Of a DNA stretch of 64,000 bases, positions 38,052 through 50,982 are shown one piece after another. Below the pieces are notes generated by a model. The model was not told the origin of the DNA. It searched no databases and saw nothing but the letters and a program-made list of their open reading frames with translations. Position 1 is the stretch's first letter. Each line of letters starts with the position of its first letter. This DNA comes from Amphiscolops sp. MND2022 (lineage: Eukaryota): NCBI GenBank assembly GCA_964187785.1, contig OZ076415.1, forward strand, positions 37,758,001 through 37,822,000. The letters run 5' to 3'. A program made the position numbers and the translations under genes.

Positions 38052-41000
38052 GTGAAATTCGCTTTTCAAGAACTTCAAGACAACAAAGCGATTTTCGATG
38101 AAAGTCACGAAGGTAGACGCATTCTTCTCAAATCTGATTCCTCGACCACTATGCCAAAGGCTGAAAGCATCGTCACAGAAATGAATCTCATTATACAACA
38201 GGCCATGACTGACGCTTTGAATTTTCTTGATAGTTGCAATGGACCGCTAAAAGTTACACAGAAACACCAGAAGTTTCTGGTACGGAAAGTTCAGAGTTAG
38301 CAAAAGATGATGAAAACCGTTCTCAATCTTCAAAAAATTCAAATGCGAATGAAACGATTGATAAAGGATTGAAGTTGCCTTGATTGAAAGAAGCAAATCA
38401 GTCAGCGCTATTCCTTAAAATTGAAGGTCGGTTAGATAACCATCTTTGTCAACAACATTCGGCCACATCAGGTTGTCGCAAAATATTTTCTTCAGACGAC
38501 TACTCTTCCACCATCACATCAGCCTTGGCGAGCCAGCGAAAAAAGCGGGTTCGTTCGAAAGTAGGATCCAAAGTTTCGAAAATGAGTGAAGGAAGACAAT
38601 TGGATATACAAATTGAACTGATGGATCAAAACTCACAAATGGAAATAGAAGAAAGCGAGCGTGATTTAAAACTGGAGACTATACATCGAGAGATTGAGTT
38701 GGAACATTAACAGATCGAAATGGAGATAAAACTCCAAGAGTTGCAAGGGTAATTGGAAAATGCTGAAGTGAAGCGTAAGAACGCTTTCGAAAAGCAGTAA
38801 ATGCGATTGCAAATAGAATTGGATGAAGGATCGATTCATGCGTCTTCAATATGTCTAAGCCTCTTGTCGCTCACTCTGAAGGAGGGCAAAAAAGCGACAT
38901 CAGAAATTGGTTAGAACTAGGTGACAAAACGTTGACAAACGCTTTTCGCAGCCAATAGAATCTAGCAGGGAAGTACAAAATGTAGGCCGTCTCAGAAGTT
39001 CCAAATGCCTTACTATCAAAAAAGTCTACAACCGCGAAATCCAGGCAGAGGCTTTAGTAAGTCAACTCAAAGAGGGAAGCTGGTTTTTCTATGTCAAAAT
39101 CCAAGAAATTATTTCATCAAAAATAATCAAGACTCGAAGCCAAATTTCCCAGTTCTCCAAGCCTACATTCAAAAAATTTTCTTCCTTTACACCAGCAGTA
39201 CCAGTGCAGCAACGTGTGCATTTTGTTCAAACAAGTTTACTGAAGTTGAAATAATCTGAAATTCATGCATTGGAATGGCCAAGTTGGTCTAACGTGTTCA
39301 CAGACACCATTCATACCGCACGAATTGATGATACTGCAATAATGAGTCAATTGAAAATACTCGGTAAAGGCAGAGTCAAGGCGGCTATTGCCGGTCTCGG
39401 ATAATCCGGAGTCCTGTATAGTTCAGCATGAAAATATTAGGCTACAAACAATTGTCAAGCTCAGATGAAGCAATTCCATTTGAGTCTGTTCATCAAGTCG
39501 CATGACTAGGCGACTATTTTAACGTACACTCAGTTAATCACTACATTTGTTTTTGCTTAGAAACAGTTTGGTGTCACAGTAGACTTTTATTCAGAGTCCG
39601 TTTCGAATTCAGCTTTGAACTGACCTGAAGTTACCCCCTGAACTGAAAACCAACTGGATTTTCCTTGCTGAGAACAAGGATGCTACCAAGCTGATCTTTG
39701 TAAGGTCAGCGAATTGCTCAACGAAGTTGCTTATGTTCACTATGAGATGACAGTGCGATTCCGATAACCTTCAGAATAAAAGAACGCTTCAAAAAAGGTG
39801 AAGACGATCAAAAATTGTATCAAACGATCGAAAGAAAACACGTTCAGAACCCAAAAACAATGTCTATTGAAGGATGGCGATCACAAAAATTGGATGTGTA
39901 CTCAGTTTAAACAACAAAGATTTAATGAAAAACATGAAACCTTGCAGAAATGGAAACCTTGCTTTCGGTGCTCGAACTCACATTTGACGAAAAACTGTAA
40001 ATCAAACAGAAATTGTGCAGTGAATGGATGCCCCAAAAACCATAACAAGCGTTTGCATTCAGACTCTCCCAAAATTGAAAACGACAAAAAATCCGAAAAA
40101 TCTGTTTGTTCAATGCTTCCAACGGGAGGCAGTAGTTTCTTACAGTTGTTACTAAATTCATTTGGAAATGGGAATAGAATCGTTGAGACAATAGTTCTTT
40201 GTGATATTGCTTCCACTGTATCGTTTATGGACCAAACATTGGTTGACTATTTCAAATTGAAAAGGAAAGAATATGTAATTTCATTAGCTGGAATTTTTGA
40301 ACTGTTTGATTTGAAAATCAAAGATGTTACAGCCAGAATTCGTTCTACCGAAAAAGCAAAAACTGCGGGAGAGGATTTGACATTATGCAGTCATCCAAAC
40401 TTATCGAAAACAAGTCAGGTGATAGGAATGATTCTTGAGAAGGCAAAACCTCCTTGGGGTGGACAGTCAATGGAGCATTACGCAAAACAGTAACAAATTG
40501 AATGGCAGCTTCTAGGAACGTTTCTGTGCCATCTGGTCCTTTAGCCCATCAGATGAAAAAATGGTGGGCATGGAGACTCACTCCTCTGTATCTGCTGTCT
40601 CAGGACGATCTAAGGAAAAGAAAAGAGCTCAGACGATCCTGGAAAACACTACACGGAGTACCAACGAATGTTATGAAGTGGGATTTTTCTGGGCCGACGA
40701 AAGTCCGACTCTGCTGAATAACTATTATTGTACTCACCAGCAGTCTCTGTCAATCAATAAAAGATTAGGCGAGGATCGAGAGTTGAAAAAAGCCTACAAA
40801 GCTACCATTGAGAAGGGCTTGGAAAATCATTTTGTTCGAAAACTGGAACACTAAGTTGTAAGTACGGAGAAAGATATGCAAAGGTATTTTTTAATCATCA
40901 TGTCAAGCACCCACACAAGCGAGGCAAAACCAGAAGACTTTGTAATGCAGCTTCAAAGTTCAAAGGTGTTCGCTGAATGACAAACTTCTCAGCGGACCTG

Positions 41001-42740
41001 ATTTGTTGGGTAACTTAGTGTTTTCAGATTTAGAGAAAATCGAATAGCGAGAACCGCCGATATTGAGTCAAAGTTTTTGGGAAGTAGCGGTTTCCGAAGA
41101 CGAATGCAAGGTACTTCGTTTTCTCTGGCCAGAAGATCCTGGCGACTGTATTGAAATATTTTTTGAGTAGAACAGGCACGTGTCCGGAACAAAAAGTTGT
41201 CCGATCCGTGCGAAGCACGATGTCAATAAGGAGGAAGAGATCACAAAGTTGATTTTCCCTCAGCTGCATCGACCATAGATAGAAATTTCTACATGGACAA
41301 TTTGGTGAAATGGGTTCGTAGTCTGCAGGCAGCTCTTACATGTTACCACGCCTTGGTAGAAAATCTCCAACTTAGTGCATATACATTGAAGAAATTAGCT
41401 AGCAATTGTCCGGAAGTTTCACAAACAATCCCTGTAGAAGATCGATTAGAAGCGAACAACATCACTCTTAACGCAAAATCATCTCCAATTCTAAGTCTGC
41501 ATTGGATAACCGATAAAGAGTGTCTGCAAGTATGTCGAGGACCTAGCAAACAATGTCCGCAAAACAGCACTCATTGAGTAGTTATATCTCTTGTTTCCTC
41601 AGTTTTTTATCCATGGAAGAGTTCACTATGCAATGAGAATGCTTTTGAAATTATTTGAAAATTATTTGGAAATTATTTGAGAGACTTGCATCATCAACAT
41701 AACCATGAAGGTGTAAAGTTTGTCAGAACTCCTGTACAACAAAACTTTTGGATACTACGTTTACTCAACGAGAGAAGTATTTCAAACACGTGTGTCTTTT
41801 GTCGAAAGTTACGCGGTTGAGTAAACGCTCCAATTTTGGCTGGTTTCGATTATCAGTCATCTCCATTTACAAACGTGGGAGTAGAATTTTTCGATACCTT
41901 TTGATGATAAAACAATACGAAGTACAATGGAACGCTGGTGTTGCCTTTTTCACTTGTTTAACAGCTCCAGCAGTCCACATGGACATGGCTAGAAGCTTTG
42001 ACACAGATTCTTGCTTAACAGTTATTAAAGAGTTTTTTCACGTCGTGGCAATCCAGCAACTGTCAATTGCGACAATGGGACAATTTTCTTAGGCTTAGCG
42101 AGAGAATGGGAAGAATACAATAACTCAAGGATTAAGAGCTCAAAATATACCAGAGCTAGCCAAAGACAAGTCGTGTGGAAACGTAAACAACCAGCGGCGC
42201 CTCATGTCTGAGGGGTATGTTATCGGTTAGTAAAGAGTTGCAAGAAGACAATGAAAGCCTTTTTTGTTAATCGAGCACTAACTGTAGGATCATTGACTAC
42301 AACAATGTAATTGGTTGAACAAACTTTGATTGCTCGACCAATTACGCCAGCAAGTGATGATCCTAATGACAAGGAAGCACTTACGCCCAATCAATTTATT
42401 CTAGGTCGATTAAACATTTGTATCCCCCTTTTCCTGAATGCCGAGTTCTATGCTAACCATCGAAAGATGTTTCCATCTTGACAAGCCTATGCAGACTTAA
42501 TTTGGAAAAGATGGGTTTAAGAATATCTACCACAGCACAATATAAGGTCTCAATGGAACAAATCGAACGCAAACGTTGAGATAGGAGACATGTATGGTTG
42601 ATAGAAGACAATGTGGAAGATCCCATCACAAGATGGCAGGAGTTCTTCGGACCACCCTGAAAAAATTGCGTTGTGAGATGAGTTCTCAATAAAACACATG
42701 AGAGTACACTGAAACGACCTGTGATAAAATTGCCGCCAGT
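38052..42740 (+). pseudogene. pol: BEL element 1 gag-pol remnant
   Basis: Coiled-coil N-terminus. Zn knuckles C..KDGDHK.W.C / CFRCSNSH.TK.C / CAVNGCPKNHN..LH and a protease-like LCDIAST in ORF 39798-40493. Degenerate RT blocks at ~40900-41600. Integrase HH..CC and CLTAPAVHMDMARSFDTDSC. Confidence 0.88.
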
Positions 42741-42782
42741 TTTGAACAGCGTTTTCATGCTGGAAACGGGGCCTGGCTGCAT

Positions 42783-43710
42783 TGTTGACGCCTCGAAAAA
42801 AGATTTGGGGCAAAGCCAACCTTTTCATCTTTTAGGGTACTTTAGCTTGGTACTTTTTTGTTCTGCTTTTGTATTTACCAGTTTATGAAGCCCATGTTTG
42901 TTTATATTTAATCCAGGCGGAAGTCGATGGAAACTTCGCGTGCAATGAGCAAAAATAATCAAGAACAACAAAATTATGTAAAGTTATGCTTCGGATGTTG
43001 ATATACAAATATCCTATTCTACATCTTGATATACAAGTATCTATTCTATCACCCTAAAGTTTAGCAGTTTGTTATACTTCAAAGTTCTTTCTGGTGCCAG
43101 TATATTTGTATGTAGACATAACAGTTTATGTAGTTTCCTGTAGTATAAAACAACCCAAGTTAACCCCTTTTTGGGAGAAAGACACAACAAGTGAGATGGA
43201 AACGGTTGATATACCTTATTCAAGCGCCCAAGAAATTATTGTTAGGAACTTTATTGTTTGTGTAATCAAATTAACTTGCGCTTTATAGAGCTTTTTCGAA
43301 GTTTTTGATGTTTCTTTACTGTCTTCGAGATTCCAACAATATTATACCAATATTGCATTTTTGTCGATTTTTCGCTTGAAATGGTTTTGATTCAGAAGGC
43401 TTCCGATATTTGAGTAAACTTTTTCATTTTCGATTTGGTACAGCCAAACTCCGTAAACGATTCAACGGTTCAGTGAGTTTTATGAGGAAACTCTTCAAGT
43501 CAGTAGTTTTTATGTTTTTAGACAAGTCCAAAAGTGGTCACAGAGAGATGCAGTACTTGTTTCACCGACCTCGGAAACTTTTTTAAAGTCACACTAGCTA
43601 TTATCAAGATTGAAACTAGATGCTATATCATCTATTCAAAGTTTCAAAACCAAAAACTTTTCATAGGAGGTAACAACCTTAATGCTGTAATGACCCAGTT
43701 TTGGGCAGGT
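42783..43710 (+). repeat. BEL element 1, 3' LTR
   Basis: Starts TGTTGACGCC directly after the integrase end and a G-rich PPT-like stretch (GGAAACGGGGCC). The 3' end is degenerate. Confidence 0.8.
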
Positions 43711-45404
43711 TTTCGAGTTTATTTTAAAAAATTTCTGTTCATAGGTTTCTGCAGGTTATCTAGAACGATATGTGTTTCGTTTCGAAAACATTCTAAATGA
43801 AAAAACAATCGCACTTTTTCACCACGAAACGTTCATTTCCTATCTTAATACATGTAAATTGACGAAGTTTTAACTTTCGAGCCTGATTTTTCAAAAATGG
43901 TTCGTTATTTTTGAAATCGAAATACATCCATGGTGTCAGTAGATTTGTGGTAATTCATTGAGCATAAAACATCCAATAAAACTGTGGATTAAACGGTCAA
44001 AAACTGGAAAAACGAAAAAGTCCCAAATTTGCTCATTATCAGCTATTCGTAACTTTCAATTTTTGTCTCACAAAAGTGTCAAAAACACTAATATAAACTA
44101 GATGAAATTTTCAGAAACTTCTATTCGTGAAAGTTTTCTAAATTCTCCAGAAATTTGGGCCTAAAATCGCCCGGGGACGATTTCCCAATCACAGTACTGT
44201 AGTTGGAGCTATCAAGGTTGAATTGTTGGGCTGTTAGAGGACCTCAAGAAGCCAAGAAACAAAAGTTGAAGGTTTTGCTGTTTTTCTCGGCAAAAACTAT
44301 CAATATATTCTGGGAGAAGGATGCCTTCAGTGAAAAAAATGCCAGAGGTCACAAATTCCGCAAAATAAGTGAAAAACACTTTGTCGCAATAAGACATCTC
44401 GCGAAGCTCTGACTTAATCTAAAAACCTAGATGTTAACAGTCTTCCCGAAAGAGGATTGAAGTATCGCTGATAACTGCAGATATCCAATGAATTCGGGAT
44501 TTAAAAGTCAAGTAAACCATCTGGATGAAAATAATGACAATTGATGCCCGAATCACGCCAAGGTTTTTGAGGAAAATCAGATGACGTGTGGGTAAAGTAA
44601 AACTCGTTTATTTGAAATTAAATTAGGAAGACAAAATTGATATTTAGAAGCCGAACTAACCACCTGGATGAAGAAACTGGAAATTCAGAATATGCGAAAA
44701 CTTCATCTCGATATTATAAGACATAAATCTGAAATATTTTTCATGACCGAAAAATTGATCTAACGAGATCAATAACACAAACCCACTTTACCTATCTAAC
44801 CGTTTTAGGAAACGCGCTGCCAAAAAGCGCGTTTTCACCAGGACCATCGAACTAACTCGAAAGGCCAAAGGACCGAGAAAACAATGAATTAGAGACAAGG
44901 CAAAGAAATATCAACCGAGTTTTCACTTACATGCGAAATTTTCAGACATGTCAGTTTTTCAAGACCATAAATGGGCCGTCGATCGAATGGTTTTCAGACT
45001 CCTAAAATTGATGGATGGTCATACGTGGGACCCCATGGGATCTCAGTAAAGCCTTTCTGTCAATTACCATAATCTCATCGCTCAAAGAGACATCAAAGTG
45101 ATACTCAGCTAATACGTCAAACACATCAAAATGGTAGTCAACCAATGGCTACAGAAGCTTCGCTGAGATTTGTAAAACCAATTTTGTTTCGCCAGAGAGA
45201 AAACCTCGTGAAAAATTTCGAATTTTAATAATTTGAATATCTGAAAAAAGCTTAAAAATTCAAATTTGCTGTCGGATACGTTTCTTCTATCCGACGTGTT
45301 TCTTTCATGGTAATGGAAGTACAAGCTTTCAAAACTCTTCCAAAGAGAAGCATTGGGCAATGAACGAGGTGTTTTAAATGATCTTTACTCAATAGACCAC
45401 TTAC

Positions 45405-45684
45405 CTGTCTAAAAGAATAACGAAATGCTCTTAAAAGGCGAGGTGAAAAAAATGATAGTGGTAAAGGTGTCAGAAATTTCCTTGCCACTGCGCACGTCGG
45501 AGGTTTTGAGGTCCATAAAAAGTGCTGTAATTACTGTCAGGTGATGTAAAAATGAACGATTTTTCATGTGTGCATACATGATAGACAGGATAGAGTGGAA
45601 GTAATGTATCTTGTAATATTTGAATCTATATTCACCTATTTTGTCCTCTTCATCCTTTTTATCATCTATTGGCTCCATTCCCAT
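45405..45684 (-). other. Candidate exon or pseudo-exon of a membrane protein
   Basis: Protein-like frame (DDKKDEEDKIGEYRFKYY...YFHSILSIMY...LTVITALFMD...GKEISDTFTTIIFF) that shifts frame into LLRAFRYSFRQ, ending at an AG|GTAAGT donor (45404-45399). Confidence 0.25.
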
Positions 45685-46653
45685 TCAGTCCCTTCTTCAC
45701 AACAAATCCCTCTCCAAAAAACCCCAGAGCAGTATTTTTTCTTTTTTCATTTCACTGCTGAAAACTGATTGAGCTTTTCACGTTGGCGGGAAATTAAAGC
45801 AACTAATGACATGATTTGTTTCCCTTGCGTCTTCTTCAAAGCCGCCATTGCTAATTCCACTGGACAAAATCGCAAAGAAATAATCTATCGGTCCTTTTCA
45901 TCTTTTATGACATCGAGATTAATTTCCGGATCCAACAATTCGATAGTGAATGAGCCAGAAAGATTAATCAAGTTGCAATCAAAAAAATGTGAAATTACTG
46001 GCTACGAATTTTTTCGAAGACAAGTAGGTTGCGAATGATAATTTGTTCAACTATTTTTGGTCAACTAAATTTCTCGATACTTTCGATATTCCCCAAAAAA
46101 GGATTTTGATACCTTTTCCAGCGAGCCATTAAATTCCTGGTTTTCAGAAATCACAAATTTTGCATAGATGGAATTCCGAAGTAAAATTCGACAAAAAATT
46201 CATTGATTTTGTCTTGCTATTTCATGAAACATCTTCATTTCTCCGAAATGCAAAACAAGCTTTTCTTTAACAGGATTACCTTAAAACCGAAAAAGACTCA
46301 GGTTGTTTTTGAACGTCAGAAGCCGCCAGAAAAACGTTCGGTCATTTCAGGTTCTCGTTTGCTTATGATGAGCTATACTGAAGTACAAAAACCACACAAT
46401 AAAGTATCATCAGTTGAAAACCCAGTCTTCAGCCTTGGAGTTGTTTGAACTTTTTCTTCGGTAAAGCATTTCTGTTCTTCGCTGTTCAGTAATACAATTC
46501 CAGAGCCACTTTAGATCTCAGACAAGATTTATGAATATTTCATGAGTTCAACAAAAATATGAACTTTTTTGCAAATTTATCTGTCTTCTCACTTTTTCAG
46601 AGAAAATTTGGGCCTTTTATATTGAGTTCAATTAGAGTGTTTTTTTCTGGGGT

Positions 46654-46703
46654 CTGGGGGACGTTCGGATAATTGGGGACGTTCGGACAATCTGGGGGAC
46701 GGT
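46654..46703. repeat. Short G-rich tandem repeat (TGGGGGACGTTCGGAyAAT, ~2.5 copies)
   Basis: Directly visible ~19-bp units; possibly a subterminal repeat of a DNA element. Confidence 0.7.
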
Positions 46704-47802
46704 TAAGTCAATTCAATCTTTTACCCTGTGACATGCATTTGATCACCAAATCACAAATACATACTTATATAAAAAGACCAGAAAGACTCTGCATCGTTGA
46801 TGATTATCAACTTTTCAAACTTTTTTTTCGAAGTGTCTCCGTATTCAATGCATCGATGTCTCGAAAAAGTGTGCCTTTTTAGTTGATTCTCCGGGGGTGA
46901 GAACTCGAAGAGCTACTAAGCTCCTTTTTCATCCTTATTGGATATTTTATATATAAAGTGATTAATTACTTGATATGTTTTGCTTTTAATATCCAATGAA
47001 ATTAAACTTTCAACTTTCAACTTTCAATTGTCAGAAAATGCGAATACAAAAAAGTATCAGAAATTATCCAAAAAAAGTGTTCGGAAAGTTAAATTGTTTT
47101 TGATTTATCGACATACAAGTCAGGCGAGGAATACCGGGTATCACAACAGGCCCTGTTGCCCTGTCTTCACTGTGAAACGACACATGAACGACAATGGAAA
47201 TTTTTTTTCAAATCTTTCTTCCCGTTTTTTGGGCGTTTTTGTAAAATGCGTAGACACTTTTTGTGACTTTTTGAAGACCATTCAAACTGAAGTCTTTGAA
47301 TAGGTTCATCATTTTGAGAATAAACTCGTTATTTTTTTTTCAAAATTCAACAAAATGTTTCATCAGAAAAAAAGACTCAAAGTGCCGAAAAACGAGCTTT
47401 AAGTTCGCCAAACGCTTTTTGCTGGCGGAAAACATTCATTGTGAAGAGGTACATTTTGATTAATTGAACACTCTATCGCACAGTGCCGGAAAAAGCCGTA
47501 GGTCGTTTCCACAATCATTGCGATACTTCATCAGTTCCACGGGATCAGAAAAGAATCAAAGAGGTCACTCTGAGGACTCGGAAAAATTATCTTTACAGAA
47601 ATCTCAGAAAACCAATTATTGCGGATACGTTTTCGACAACAATTCACAAATTGTTGAATTTTTAAAAGTTCGTCGGTAAGTCGCATAGTACCGAAAAAAC
47701 CTAAAGTTGCATTCTTTGCCTGGAATACTATGCCTTTATTTCTGCTAAAAATTAAGGAAGGGGGTATCGGTTTGAAAAATTCGGTAAAAAGTCGCATAAA
47801 TT

Positions 47803-48300
47803 AGGAATAAGCCGGGAATGGCCTAAGTTGGCGCCATATCTAAGGCTCAAAAATAGCAAAAGGACTTCAAAGTGTCAAGTATTCTCTTTTACAGTACCCG
47901 CACGAGGAAAGTTTTTTCTGAATTTTTTTCGAAATTTTTTTGAAGTCTCCAGGAAGTCGCATAGTGCCAAAAATTGTAAGAGGGGGGCCCTTGGGATTTT
48001 TGGAACATCCATTCTTTTGCAAAACAGAAAAAAAATGAAGGGGGACCCTTTGGGGACAATAAAAAATTTTGCGAAAAAAGTCGCACTAAGTCGAACTGAT
48101 ATATGCACAGAAAAATTTTGGTCAAGCGCGAGACTCGAACCCACGTCCTTCTGCATGGCAGACCTCAAAAACTCTAATAAAGCTCTATACCAAGTGGCAG
48201 TAGAAGTTACATTAGTGTGGTCGTTAGTGGAATCCAGCTTATAAAGCTTATAAAATCTGTCACTTCGTTGATCCTAGAAAAGTCATTACTATAGTCTGCG
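47803..48300 (-). mobile_element. Repeat family A, copy 3 (variant carrying a tRNA-like segment)
   Basis: AAGTTGGCGCCATATCTAAGGCTCAAAAA, AAGTCGCATAGTGCC and GGGGACCCTTTGGG units are homologous to copies 1 and 2. The distal part diverges into a tRNA-like sequence. Confidence 0.75.
48111..48200 (-). other. tRNA-derived (SINE-head-like) sequence, not a functional tRNA
   Basis: The minus strand carries a T-arm GTGGG-TTCGAGT-CTCGC (48144-48128) with a B-box (GGTTCGAGTC), an upstream hairpin TCTGC-CAT-GCAGA and a downstream T-run. No acceptor stem is recoverable. Confidence 0.45.
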
Positions 48301-48334
48301 TGATCATATCAGATGAATAGTTGGGAAAACAAAA

Positions 48335-48847
48335 TATAACTACTTGTAGAAATCTGATCGTGTTTATAACATTCTCAAGGAAACTACCATGCACTAACAC
48401 TTCACTGATTCAATTTAATTTTATCAAGCTGCCCATAAGATGCATCCTAAATTTGGCGGCAATTCTGAGCCGCGATGGGTTGCAGGTTTCATTAGAAAGA
48501 CATTCTAATTTTCAAGCAGCGGCGACCTCAATAACTTTACCGCGATTTCTATGCAAGGAAACTTCGTTCACCTTTTAAGTTTCAAAGTAGCGTCATAATC
48601 AGCGTGCTCTTTGACTAGCGGTGATTGCATAAAGTACCTACTTGAGATACTTACTCGTGAAAACAAAGTGATCGCGGCGGTGAAGAGGTGGACTTTTTTT
48701 CAGTTTCAATTGAAATAGTGGAAGCAGCATTGTAGTCCTACAAAATGTTTCCATGTATGATGCCTGGATTTTTCAGGTTTTGTAAAATTCTAGCCTGCCT
48801 TTTGTCATGCAGCATGTAAAAAGTTCAAGCAATCACGACTATGGTTA
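48335..48847. mobile_element. MITE family B, copy 2 (left TIR missing)
   Basis: Collinear, roughly 80% similar to 27700-28228, and includes the right TIR CATGTAAAAAGTTCAAGCAATCACGACTA. Confidence 0.85.
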
Positions 48848-49408
48848 CCCTGCATGCAGGCCTACAGCATGTTTTTTCCATCGAAGTCAATCATAATTAA
48901 CCCAGGTCCGTGGCGTTGTTTTTTATTGAAATAGACGAACGGAACGTCGAAAAAACCGAACCGTTGGAAAAGTGACGAAAATTCAGAAAAAATACTTTTG
49001 AGACGCACGTTTCCTGATACATCTTGGTCTATGAAACTCCTTCATTCTTTCAGAAACAATCTTTAGGAAACATTATACACTTTTGTCATAGTTCACTTTA
49101 ATCTTCTCTTGTTTTTGAGACGCAATACCAAGTTCCAAGATTTTCCACACAACTTTATTCTAGGCTACTAAACCAAAAATTATACTGCTTATTGGCTCAT
49201 TTTTTGTAGCAACTGATGACCGAAAAGGTCATTTGAGAACATAACTGAAAAGTTCCCAAAAGGACTATTTAGGTGATAAAAAGGACTATTCTAGCTCCTC
49301 AAGTTTTACTGGTCGTATTGGCATCATGTGCTTGTTTTACGATACACGGTTTTGTCCGAGCAGTTTGAGGATTGCGAAAGAGCGAAATACTCGGAAGTTT
49401 GTTTTTCT

Positions 49409-49672
49409 TGTTCGCAACTTTCAAAATTTGAATCATTCTTAACTTTCAAAATATGATTCAATATGACAAAACGTAAAGAGACGTGTCTTGTGTCTTCAAT
49501 TCCATTGACAAACGCTCTTATCTTCATTATTCTGCTGTTTCAACACATGAACAACTCAAATTATTGATTCTTTTTTGGTAACTATGATTTTTCTCCTGAA
49601 TGGGCAGTATGATCCGCTGAAATGAAGAAAGCAAGCGTCCGTGATTGTTACAACTGAGCATCGGCGAGACCA
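49409..49672 (+). repeat. BEL element 2, 5' LTR
   Basis: TGTTCGCAACTTTC...CATCGGCGAGACCA; ~26 substitutions and no indels versus the 3' LTR (manual count). Confidence 0.95.
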
Positions 49673-50041
49673 TTTTTTGATGCGCCGACCTACTTTGACA
49701 CTTAAAGGCTACAGTCACAAGATTTTTACCCGTCTTCAAAAACCTGATATTTCGTTCCAATAAAAACCTATTGACATACTGAAAGAGGGATTTTGAAATT
49801 CGAATTTATGATATCATAGGTTTGAACGATAGTGAAACTTCACAACTTTAATACGATAGGTTATTCCAGATGTAGATATTTTGCGGAATTAATTATAAAA
49901 CAGAGCTGAATTGCAAAATTATTTTGTGAAACTTGTTCAAGTAAAGTTGGCAATGTATCATTGATCAAATATCCAATATCCTTGTCCCAATGTGCATTTT
50001 GAAAGGTTTCTGAATGTCTGCACCAAGACAGTCACATTATC

Positions 50042-50699
50042 ATGTCTACAGAACATCATCCACGCTAACCCTTTTGATTGCCGACTCACAGGCAAGCAAT
50101 TTGGAAGCAGGGAACTTGAAATACTTTCTCTGCCTGGTGCTTGTGTCCAGCAGGTCTATAATTTTATTCACCTCTTAAAGATTTTTTTGATATCATCATT
50201 CATTTGTCGGGGAAACGACTTGAGTTTTTTCAAAAAACCAACTACGACACCTGCAAGTCAAGTGGCTCACGAGATTATAGATTTTGCAAATCTCTTGTGC
50301 CACCATGCCAAAGTAGTTTACGTTCTTGGGATACCTGAACGAAACGAAAGTAAAATACGTTCGAAGCAAGTAAACGATTTCTGGCAATCAGTAGGTGAGC
50401 GCAAGACCAAATACCAGCAACTTGGTACTTGGAGGTAACGAACTGTGGTCCGACATATCACCGGGGCCCGTTATTTGTATCCCAACGACGCCACACACCT
50501 AAACGAAGACGGTCTCAATAACCTTAGAAATCTTTTTGAAGAAAAAATCCTTTACAAAAACTACGAAAAGGAGCTGATTAAGCGTGGCAATGACGAGTTC
50601 TTTGAATGTGAAGTGAGTGCCAGTGTCCATGCAATGACTGGTGAATGTCTACACCACAACCTTTGTATGATAGAAATTTCAACTTTTGCCTTCACTTAA
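50042..50699 (+). pseudogene. SGNH/GDSL-type hydrolase (esterase) gene, frameshifted
   Basis: Block I LLIADSQ (Ser codon 50086-50088), block II SLPGA (Pro 50133), block III GNDL (50211-50222) and block V DATHLNEDG (50487-50513) occur in canonical order and spacing. There is one frameshift between blocks I and II and one in-frame TAA (50436-50438); the 50042 ATG needs a further frameshift. Confidence 0.8.
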
Positions 50700-50982
50700 A
50701 GGTTGCCTTGATGTTCCGTTTAAGGAATTCAAAGTTGAAGAAATTTTGCCTTTTTGTGTGTCTGAGTAGCTAAAAGTTACCTTGAGATTCCACCAGCTGT
50801 CTCAAATCACTTTCACAGTAGCTCTGCGCATCAAAACTACTTCAAAAAAGGCATCTCAAATACTGCTTGTGAAGTCTGATTACTTCATCAGCCTTTTCAC
50901 TGTCGAATTTTGTTTCCTGGAGGGCTTTTAGCTATAAAAGTCACTGTCTTAGTCCCCCTCTACAAGTTGATCATCTTCGATC

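Larger units (their letters stand above)
35941..43710 (+). mobile_element. BEL/Pao LTR retrotransposon 1 (old, long LTRs, internally deleted)
   Basis: Long diverged direct repeats (~35941-37043, 42783-~43710), both starting TGTTG(G/A)CGCCTCGAAAAA. The interior holds a gag with triple Zn knuckle, protease, RT, integrase and a C-terminal WKRW...YLPQ block. No TSD is recoverable and the outer boundaries are approximate. Confidence 0.85.

Noticed and set aside
44400-45050. Coiled-coil-like broken frames, possible LINE ORF1 or gag
   Set aside because: Too many stops and no diagnostic motif.
48111-48200. Functional tRNA-Met (CAT) gene
   Set aside because: No acceptor stem, a non-canonical anticodon loop and a poor D-arm; kept only as tRNA-derived.
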